From Paraspadella gotoi (taxonomy: Eukaryota > Animalia > Chaetognatha), in the NCBI GenBank assembly GCA_051294375.1, contig CM119265.1, positions 27,038,517-27,102,516 of the forward strand: DNA of 64,000 bases, read 5' to 3'. How positions within the stretch are numbered: position 1 is the stretch's first letter; each line of letters starts with the position of its first letter. Below, piece by piece: positions 28,601 through 38,923 of the stretch. The notes beneath the pieces are model-generated. The model searched no databases and was not told the origin of the DNA. It saw only the letters and a program-made list of their open reading frames with translations. The position numbers and the translations under genes were made by a program.

Positions 28601-30011
28601 CGATGGAGGCGTGGCGCAAGACCGCCTTCGGTCCCAAGACCGGATCCTCAGTATCCTCCGTTTTTCCTTGTCCCTTTTTCGATCCCTTCGCTTTCGACTT
28701 ACATCCGGGATAAGTCAAAACGTCCCGAAAGAGATTGGAATAACCGCAGCCGCCGGCGAGAACCTTCTCGTCTATCAAGTGGTAGAGCACCTCGTGGTTT
28801 CCGCGCTCCACAAACTTTTCCACCTCCAAATTGTTGAAGTCCCCGTGCTTGTCGATGAGGGGCTTCAACGACTGCAAGTATTGCCAGGAGACATCGATGG
28901 CGGCCAAGACTTTGGAGAGCTCATCCATCTCGATCCCTTGCCAGTAATAACTATCGTCGTCTTTGATGAGAGCGTTGTTTCCCTCGCGCGATCCACGGCT
29001 GAGCTCGATCTTCCTCACCGCGTGACCCAGACTCTTGAAATTGTAATCCCCGGTGCCTTGCTTGGTCAAGAGACACGGGGGCGTGTTCACCCTAGTGAAC
29101 TTGGGCTTTTTGTCCGCCTCCCTCTGCTCGAACAAGAGCTTGACGGCCTCCACGTTTTTCAAGCGAAAAGCCCGCTGCATGACCGTCTCTCCCACGTCGA
29201 CGGACTGCTTGACGCTGTCGTAGCCCGAAGGAACCTGCGAGGCGTTTTTGAGGATTTTCTTAAAGAGGGCGTTGTCGTTCGTGTTGAGGGCTCTGAAAAG
29301 CAGCTTGGCCTCAACGACGGGAGAGACGAAGCTGTGTTTGGCGGGGGACTGGAAGAAAGGATCCTTGTCCAAGACTTTGACGTCGTCTCTGACTCGCAGC
29401 CTTTTTCCTCCTCGTTTCTTCGTCTCTTTCTCTTTATCTTTCTTCTTCTCCTTCTTCCCTTTCCCCGCTTTCTCCTTCTTCGGCGCCGCCTTCCCTTTTC
29501 CCTTTTTCGCCGCCGCGGCGCTCTTACCCCGCGCCGGCTTCGATTTAGCGGCCCCCTTCTTCCCCGCGGCGCCGCCCTTCTTCTTGGCCGGCCCCTTCTG
29601 CGTCTTCGTCTTCCTCTTCGAGCCGCGTCCCTCGACGCCGATCCCTTCGTCGGAATCATCATCATCATCGTCATCGTCGTCATCGTCGCTAAACCCTTTT
29701 CCCATTATGGAGTGATCCAGGGCGTCCTTGACGTTGGCCCGTTCCTTGTCCGACATTTCGTAGTAGTGTTTGTCGACCTTCTTCAGCTTGACCGGGGTCA
29801 TGATGGAATCGACCGGGATGGCCTGGTGCTGACCGAACCGGTACTGGACGACCCCTCCCGACCGCCTCTCTTCCTCCAGCCACCAGATCCTGGCGTTCTC
29901 CAGCCCGACGTAGACGTGCTGGAGAAGACGGCCGAGGTAGAAGTCGTCGTCTTCGCTGCGGACGGCGACGATCTCGCCTTTCTTGAAGAGGCGCTCCGAC
30001 GAAGAACTCAT
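22642..30011 (-). CDS. Ankyrin-repeat + WGR + PARP regulatory + PARP catalytic protein (C. elegans PME-5/TANK-1-like); exons 23118-30011 and 22642-22896
   Basis: Many TPLH-type ankyrin repeats, acidic tract, NYYKLQV...TRWGRFG (WGR), LSNEFYHLVP, LLFHGT, FGKGVYFAD, ESEYIIF (H-Y-E triad intact). Confidence 0.9.
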
Positions 30012-30382
30012 GGTGGAGGGCGGGGGAAGCGAGAGACGCGACGGCGGAGGGAAGATTCAGCCGAGTTTTTGTCAGTGGGGAGAATTTCCTCCACCACCTA
30101 AAATCAAATCAAAACAATTTAAAACGAGAAAAATAAATTAAAAAAACGCTCAGTAAAATTACAAATACGTATATAAATGTCAAGTTTTACCCTAAGAATA
30201 AATTAGCGGATCGAGTTCATTAAAAACGATAGCAATGAAAGAGTTTAAATTAAGAAAAAAAAATTTCAAACAATAATTCAATACGGGGCACAAAAACACG
30301 AGATCGATGAGCAAATTTGGTTTTTCGGACGGCAAAGTCGCATCCGGGGAATTTTTTAAAAAAATGTTTTGGACGACCGCCT

Positions 30383-31084
30383 TCAAGAGGCCGGTCGGCC
30401 GCAGTGATTGTCGACGAGCCACTGTTGAACGGCCCCGAGTCCGACGCCTGTCATGGCGCTGGCTTCCACGACGGTGATGGGTTGATTGGCGTGGTGCATG
30501 ATGTCGTCGAGTCTGACGACTGAGGCGAAGTAGTTGCGACGCATCCTCGAAGGCGCGTCGGTTTTGTTGAGAACGATGAGCGCCGGCTTCTTGGCCAATC
30601 GCGCGTCGGAGAAGAGTTCGAGCATTTGGATGCAAGACGCGCCCACAGCGGCCTAATTTGTAATTAAAATTATCATCGAACAGGATTCAGAAAATTCCCC
30701 TTCTTTCTTCCCGCTTTGCCATACCTGATTAGAAAGGTCGACCACGTAAATGATCGACCCACAGTCGTCCAAGTAGTTCTTCCAAATGGGCGCCATGCAG
30801 CCGCCGAGCTCCCGCAGAGTAAGTTCCATCTTGCGGCTGAGAGGAAGTTTGACGAGATTGGTGCCGACGGTGGGTAAGGTGGAGGGAGCGTCGGGCAGAG
30901 GGAAAGCGGGCGACGGGGTGGTGGAGGATGGGGAAGATGGCGTGGCGGCGGCGCCAACGACGGCAGCGTTGGCTAAGGAAGAGGACGAGGCTTTGGAGAC
31001 GCCCGAGGGATGACGGCAGAGGGCCTGAAGGCGTTTGAGGAGGAGCGTCTTTCCGCTTCCGGTGCAGCCGATGACGAGACACAT
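30383..31084 (-). CDS. ARL16: ADP-ribosylation factor-like 16, 2 exons
   Basis: MCLVIGCTGSGKTLLLKRL, TLPTVGTNL, RELGGCMAPIW, LNKTD, EASA. Confidence 0.92.
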
Positions 31085-32282
31085 TTCTTGTGTTTTATGT
31101 TTGTCGCGTTTTTAGTTTCATCGAGTTTAGAAATTGATGGCAACTGCAACCAAATTCCGCCCTTCCGGCGAAAATCTTGGAGTTCTTAGTTTTTCATTTT
31201 AAATTTACGTTTACAATTCCTGAGAAAATCAATGATCAGCGTATAAAGTTAATTAGCCACCAGACATCCAAAACGACACCAATACAATAAAATTTATAAA
31301 GATTTATAACATTTCTGGTGAAGAGATTTATATAACAAGGGTTGACGGCTGACAAAGTTTAGGAGCAAAAGCCAAGGGCGACGTCTGTTAATTTGAAAGA
31401 CGTTGACAATTTCAAGACTTGCCAGGAACGTTGACTGTTCGCTTCCATCGCAAATGGCAAAGATTCCGGTAACTGATCCACTTAGAGACGGCGTTGGACG
31501 GCGATCAAGTCAGACGCGCCGTTCCGATGAAAATGGTCTCTCGCTCAATTGGTCTGCATCGAACTGCTAGTCAAAGGGTAAACAAGTGACTCAAGCTACT
31601 CCAGCTCATCTCGAAAAAACGAGGATGAGAAAAAATTTAAAAGGAAATTAAAAAGAAAAGGAAATAAAAATAAGGGGGTGACCCGAAGGGGAAGGGAGAT
31701 CAGAAATGCGCATAACGTCGGACAGGGATCGATGATTGCGATTCGCTCCTTGTACAATGTACTTCGAAGAGCTCTCAATTTTTAATAAGTAGCTGCGTTC
31801 AAAACCCAAACCCTCTGTTTCTCCCGCGGCACAAAATAAATTAAATATGTAAAGGAAAACTCATTTTCTTCTTAGTATATAACACGTCAAAGAACTGTAC
31901 AAAAACAGTATATAGCATACAAAAAAAAAAGGTTTCCTAGCTGAGAGAGAGAAAAAAAACGCGACCGTAACAAATTTCGTAGGGTATATCGATTCGCAGC
32001 AGGGGGCAGATGAAATTTCAACATTGAACTATAAATAGCCGATTCTACAACTAACGGGTAAAAGCGACACAAATCCTTTTCCTCGTCTTCTTCTAATTCT
32101 AATTCTTCAAATCCCTAATTTGGAAAAATAAGGTTATCCAAAATTCCCTCATTGCATAGAACATTTTTTTTCGGTCTAATGTGCAAGAAGGGAAGTCACA
32201 ATATATTGCATAGATCAGCTTAGACTGTCTAAATATTCGGCCAGAATAACGTTTGAACTAATATAATGTATGGAGGGAAGTC

Positions 32283-32327
<45 letters not shown>

Positions 32328-32820
32328 GAGAGCCAGCCCTCAATGTCAAGGAATCCCGTGGTGCTGATTAGATAACTTCTTTTCACGATGTTGGTCTCCG
32401 CGTTCTTACGCTAAAGACCCTAAAACGTCGTTCAATTACCATTTTATTTTCCCTCCAAAATTTCGCAGCTGAAGAACAAAAAGAAATACTAAGATTTGTC
32501 AATATCGGCGACACCCCCCCCCACTTAAAAAAAAAAAAAAAGGAAGACGAGAAAATGAGGGAATCCGTAGCCAAACTTTATCGACGACAAGATCAACGAA
32601 GTCCAAGAAAAAAAGGGGGAGGAGGGAGACATCGAATTATCTACTTACCCCCCCCCACCCTTCCCCCCCTCCACTCCAAAATTAGTGTAACCCCCTCCTC
32701 GACTCGATACCAGCGCCTAATCTATTTTAATTTTAATCTATTTTATTCCCTAATTCTTCCCCCTACTCATTCCCTTCCCCCCCCCCACCCCACCCCCGCC
32801 AGTTCGGTCGGCGCGGTTTT

Positions 32821-35800
32821 CTAGGCGACGTAAGTGTAGATCTTTCGATCCTCGGCGGTTCGGGCAATGTACTCTCGCTCGATGAGAGACTCGATCCGCT
32901 TCTTGATGACCAGCGGGGATGGCAAGAACCGCGACTTGAGCTGCAGGGAGGGTGGAAGAGCGGAGAGAGTGGTTTTGGGGTGGCGGAGGGGGGGGAGGAG
33001 TGAAAGGAGAATTTCAGTCGTGTGAAAACAACAACAACAAAAAAGGGGAAGAAGAAAAGAATGGAATTTTTGGATCGACGCAACCTGCACACATTTGACA
33101 GGCCTCACCTGCTCCGTGCACTCCGTGATGAGGACGTTGTGTTGCATCTTTTTTCGCGCCTTCATGATTCTCACGATGGCGGCTTCGATCTCGTGCTTTC
33201 GATCCTCGTCCACCTTGGATTTAATTAATTAATTAAATTTAAAGTTATACGTTAAAATGAATACCATCTATCTGACCTTGGATCGAGTCTCCTTCCGCTC
33301 GGGATCGCTCTCCCCTTTGGCGGCGACGGTTTGGATTTTGACGCGATGAAGTTTCGAGTAAAATCCGTCGTTGACGATGAACACGTGACCCGACTCGATG
33401 TCCTTCGCCTAAATTGAGAATCGCGAGACGGGAAGGGGAGGAGGAGGAAGGGGTCGTGGCTTATTACGAACCTCTCCATACAAGTCTTTGTCAAGTTTGA
33501 AACGGTCATTAAAGCCGGAAATTGAAAACTTTACGCACTACAGATATATTTACAACCTTACTGTTCATTTTCTCGCTTACTACAACTTCTTAATTAAAAT
33601 TTTGATATTCCGAATTCTGAAACAGAAGAAATAATAAAAAAAACTCATTACTTTGCGCCGCCGAAGAAAAAGAATATACACCGCCACTAAGATGACGAGA
33701 AGTAAAATCAGAGAGGACGTGACGGTTTTAATTTTTTGGTCCCAGAAGAGTATCTGCACGACCTCCCCAAAGAATTGGGTTATTTTTAGAGTAAAGTCGG
33801 TGATCGGCCACCGAAACGTAAACCAAATTTTCATGGCAAACTATTTGGCTTAAATATTAAAGAGGATGAGAGTCTGTTAATGAATTAACTTTCTTCCACT
33901 GATATAACTTCGTACATCTCTAGGCCCGCATCATCGTCAAATGATAATCATAAAATGGAAATTAACAATTACAGTCGCTCTAACCTTTTACTTAAGTTTT
34001 CGAGTCGACGTGTCTTTGATCTAGTAATAATTTTATATCGACAAGCGTCGCTCAGAAAATCATTAAACCAAACACAATTGTATACGTATTGTTCGAAAAA
34101 ATAGCGCCTAAATTTTACTATATTCTTTACGTATATTATTAAGTTCAATCTAACAAACCTTGGATCCCTCGCCGATTCTGGCCAAAACCCGCTGGCCGAT
34201 CTTGCCCATGGCCAACGATTGCATGGCGCGCATCAAATCTTTGTCCGGGATCTCCGTTTCGTCGGCGATCTCCTGATACGACCACTGAGGGCGCTGATTA
34301 AATTTTAGCAGGATGCACATTTGATACGTAGAGACCTAAAAATAGAGAAGAAAGCCATACTTTTGTAAAATCCCTATTTAAGAAGGAAGAATTAATTGAA
34401 AAAATAAAATATAAAATATAAATTATTAACATTCATCGTTAAACCTGAATGATGTGCTTTCGCGCGACTTTGCATCCTTCGGCGGGCGGAGGGGCTTCGT
34501 TCTCCAGATCTCCGCTGCTGGAATCCACAAGAGAAGTCGCGCTTTTCTCTTCCTTTTTGGCTCCGTAGAAAACGGCGTTGAGATCGGCCGACCCCAATTG
34601 CGGCTGGAAAGGGTTGGATTTATTTATTCATTATTTATGTTTTTATTACGGAGGTACAGGACCATCCTGATAAATTAATAATAACAACATTAATTAATAA
34701 AGGTTTAAGAAGACAAATAATGAAAATAACCTTTCAAAGCAACAGATGAAAAATATAAATATTCTCAATCGCCATACGACAATATGCAAATGAGAATGAT
34801 TATTTTTTTAATTAATTATTTCCCCGGTCGCACCTGCAAAGTCACGATTCTCCCCGAATGTTTTCCCAAATAGAATCTCTTGAACGCCTCGAAGGCGGTG
34901 GCGGGAGGGTGGGGGATGTTACACTTGGGCGTGGCCGATTGCGTCGGCCAGAATCCCGTCGTCAAGACGCGAACGAAGAGATCGACACCGTTTAGATTAA
35001 CGTTCGACGCTGTTGACGATGAAACACAAAATGAAAAAAAACAAAAAAAAAACAAACAAACATAAGAATGGAAAACAATTTTAATTTATTTCTTAAAAAA
35101 CCTAAAATTCTTACAAGTGACGTGATTCCTGAATTCGTCCATCGTCGTTCCCGAGACCGTCATATCTCGGAACATTCCTTCAAGCTTGGACGTGAACTGA
35201 CAGCCGCACTCGTGCTTCAGTTTGGAAATCATGTTCTTCTCGCTGTCGTCGGAGACGCTCTTGTTCAACAACAAGCGTTTGGCTGAAGGACCAAAGACGC
35301 AATCGATTGCATAAGCAAAGAAATATGTATGGGATGAAGTTATCATTGAACATGAAATGAGATGTAGTTGTACAATTTCATTTGCATATTGCAGTATTTG
35401 GGATAACTTCGAATAATTTAAAATTCATGTCCACTAATATTACAGGTTCACTGGGAGTGAATAAATAAGACTGTGAGAGAGTCTTGATTGAAAGCTTACA
35501 GAAACCTGCTATGTTATTATCTTGTAAGTGTGATGGAGGCCTTAAACCACCAAAGCCTGTCCAAAGTCAGGGACAAGATAGCTTATTTATTAAATGAATG
35601 GATAATTTTTATATTGGTTGTACCAATTTCATAAAATTCACCTCCTTGTATTTTGATGCTAGTGCGGAGTACAATATAGTATTCCCCGATCTAATACTTA
35701 AGGGAGTGGTCTTTTCATACAATTGAAACATTCTTTGAAATATTTTCCACTTCATTGATAGGGAAGCCAGGTACTCTGGGAGTGAATAAACGAGACTGTG

Positions 35801-37834
35801 AGAGAGTCTTGATTGAAAGCTTGCAGAAACCTGCTATGTTATTATCTTGTAAGTGTGATGGAGGCCTTAAACCACCAAAGCCTGTCCAAAGTCAGGGACA
35901 AGATAGCTTATTTATTAAATGAATGGATAATTTTTATATTGGTTGTAGCAATTTCATATACGACGCGCCTCCCATAAAAATACATCACAAAAATGAGAGC
36001 AATAAATGTACCGAGATGCTGCTTGTAGTATTTTTCGAAGACGTCTTTCTCCTGCAAGAAGCGGAAGAGGACCATCGATTTGTCAAGAACAACTTCGACC
36101 TCGACTTCGGTGAGGCCCTTCACTCCCTTCTTCAGTTTGTCATCGATGAAGAGGGACAAGTATTCCGGACTCTGGCAAGGAAAGAAAGTGGGATTGCAGA
36201 ATGCGGATGGGTCGTGTGAGTTCAATCCAAAAAGCTAGGAAGAAAGAGGTAAGAAATCCGTTTTCAAACCCTCGATTTACCTTACTATTAAGATTGAGAA
36301 AGTACTCGAAATCTCTGGAGATCATCTGTTTGAATAGTTGGTCGGTACTGAACGCTTCGTGGAGAAAGTGATCGAAACGGTCCTTCAGATCCAGTAGCGA
36401 TTGAATATATGTGATGGGATTCTTCATCTGGGGGAGAAACGATCGGTTGTGATCGCAGAAAAACATTCACGTGGATAAAATAAAGCCAGAGACGCTCACG
36501 GAGGCAGGAGGTGGGGCGGAGGATGTGGAGGCTTCGGCTTCGGGTTCTACGACGAGCGCTTTGCCCTGTTCTCGCAAATAAGTGGAGATGCAGTCCACCA
36601 TCGTTCGCAGACCCTGGAAAGGGTAAACATATTTTTGTCTGTCATTATCGTCGACCACCAAAATGCCGTAAAACAATCGCACTCACCTGAGGAACCCGGC
36701 TAAAGAGTTTGTACATGCAAGCGAGGTCTTGAGTCTTGTCGTTCTTGAGCATGTGGACGACTCCAGAATTCTCCATCTCGACGACGGTCTTCATGTGTTT
36801 GCAGATTAACTCCTCCTCGAGCACGGAGACGATGGGACCCTGACGGGGACGCGTAGATAGACAGAATGAGAGCATTCTTTGTATACCGGGTCGAAAGTTC
36901 ATCTTCTATATCTATTGCTTAACTACTCTCTCACCGAGATTAAATGTGGGAAACAAAGAGGTCCCGGAAAAAATGTATTCGTTCGTTCTTACCTCCGTTG
37001 ACTTGTCCAAGTAATGGGTGGCACGCTCGGCCTCCTCGTTGATGCGCTGCTCCACTTTTTTGATGTAGACGGAGGCTGAGTTTTCGGCGAGGAACTTTTG
37101 ACTCTCGAGTCGATAGAACTCGGCCGACTGTTCGAGGAAAGGCTTCTCGAAGTCTTCCTCGTAGACGGCGCGCGACTCCACGCCCAACACCATCAGCATT
37201 TGACAAGTGTTTTTCACCGCCTGTCGGTCCACCACCTCGTTCTTTCGCTCGCGGGCCACCATGTCTTTCGAAGTGGGTGTTGGGGTGAGGGTTAAGGAGA
37301 GGAGGTTGGAACATGTGTCATCGCTACCGTTTTAACTTCACCTCGAAACTTACCTAGTAACGTTTTCTTGAGGTGAGTTCTGATTTCTGGGTGCCTCACC
37401 ACCTGATCCCTGAACGTGGCCAGTCCCAGGTTGTAGACGTTCTCGACGTTATTCTGCGTGACGTAGACGCGGTCCATGTACATGAGAATGTCCCTGATCA
37501 TGACCATGGAGGTGTGGTGGTCCTGCCACGACATGTTCAGCGTGTGGAGGAAATTGTTGTGAAGGGATTCGAGGACGTCGGAGCGAACTTTGCCGACGAG
37601 GTGCTCGGTGACCACCTCCCGCAGGCCCGTGTACAGCTTCTCCCCGTGCTTGTGAAGCACCATGGTGTAGGCGTTTCTGTAGAGCTCCTCGAAGGAGAGT
37701 CCGCTGTTGTTTTTCTTCTGGATCTCCTGGATGGCGTTGCGCAGGAGCGACCAGATGTTGTTCACGTACTTTTCGTCCATCGTCATGGGGAAGGCGCGAA
37801 TGCGCATCTTCGTGTCTTTCTTTCCCTTGTTCAT
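32821..37834 (-). CDS. CUL3: Cullin-3 (multi-exon)
   Basis: [91 protein letters not shown]-stop. Confidence 0.97.
33652..33834 (-). CDS. Candidate alternative first coding exon (61 aa, one TM helix + RRRK) inside a CUL3 intron
   Basis: TTTAAG acceptor and gccATG context upstream; [22 protein letters not shown] ends at AAA|GTAATG, phase 0, matching the phase-0 CUL3 exon starting at 33408. Confidence 0.35.
35451..35958. repeat. ~325-bp-period satellite-like repeat (~1.6 units) in a CUL3 intron
   Basis: 35451-35633 and 35776-35958 differ at only ~4 positions; the same family occurs at 62137-62429. Confidence 0.9.
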
Positions 37835-38413
37835 CTTGGAACTCGAAGGGGAGGGGAGTCAGGAATCGGACGCGCTTAGCTTTTTTTTCTTCAGTCCCGC
37901 TACAATTCTTTTTCTTTTTTTCGCGTTTCGGGTTTTTTTTTTTAACAGTTAATTACATAAATAAATCGGGCTTCATCTGCGTGCCGGAGGGAAAGTAAAA
38001 TGATAATTTTTGGATGAGGAACGGGAAGAGGGAGTTTCGTCTGGCGAGATAGTCCCGCTTGTCAACGTTGGCAAGAAACCGATTTTTTTTTCTATTTTTT
38101 TTTTTTTTAATGAAAATTCTTCCTGGGGGAGGGGGAAGTTTTGATTGGGATCCTGCTAAAACAAAATTCGCGTTTGGAAATATAGTTTTTTGTTAAGTCC
38201 ACTATTGCACTGACATTTAAAAAAAAAGCAAAACACGACAAAAACTCTACCGCTCATCTTTTGTCTCAATCGTTTACCATCGATTTGCTTTTCGGGGAGA
38301 ACAAAAATACAAACAAAAAATATAACGCAAGTGAATGTGACCCCGCACTGGAGGCGCAATATCACAGCTGGCTTGTCATACAAAATATATTTGAAAATAA
38401 TCTCCAGCAAATG

Positions 38414-38677
38414 AATACTATCACAGTCACTGGTGATGAGTATGAAATTAAACACCCGTTCCTGAAACGCCGTGCATTTTTATTTGGTCTTAAGCATGAG
38501 ATTATACGAATTGTACGAAATAGTTCGTACGTAAAGCGAAAAACAAAAAAAAAAAGGTTAAGTTTTGAGGTTCATCATCTTCCTCCCTGGAGATTCAAGC
38601 GCTTCCAAAATGTACGGGGTTTAGAACTAGGCGATTTAAAGTATTGTAAATACTATCACAACACTGGTGATGAGTAT
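38414..38677. repeat. Short imperfect direct repeat (~30 bp, ~235-bp spacing)
   Basis: AATACTATCACA(GT/A)CACTGGTGATGAGTAT at 38414-38443 and 38649-38677. Confidence 0.6.
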
Positions 38678-38923
38678 ATAAAACTATACTCTTTTATTAA
38701 ATGGATGGCGCACGCATTTATTCCCATTTACGGAGATAAATATTGTATGAAAAAAAAAATATGGTAAAGGAAAAAAAAAATTCCTTGGGTGAAATAAACT
38801 AAAATAATACTATACTTCTTGATGACTGAGATCTGAGAAATATTGTTCTCCTCGTTTAATTTGTATAATTTCTTAAAGTCTAAACACTCGACAAAAAAAA
38901 AAAAAAAAAAACAGCGCCACAAT

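Noticed and set aside
23244-30101. Long plus-strand ORFs (537, 321, 240, 512 aa) opposite the PARP
   Set aside because: Antisense shadows of a long GC3-rich coding exon; no recognisable motifs.
35440-35585. H/ACA snoRNA-like hairpin plus ATAACA box in the 325-bp repeat (minus strand)
   Set aside because: The upper stem and box are not kept in the 62137-62429 copy, and the family occurs in both orientations.
38433-38465. C/D snoRNA (GTGATGA...CTGA)
   Set aside because: Too short, intergenic, no terminal stem; the second repeat copy lacks the D box.
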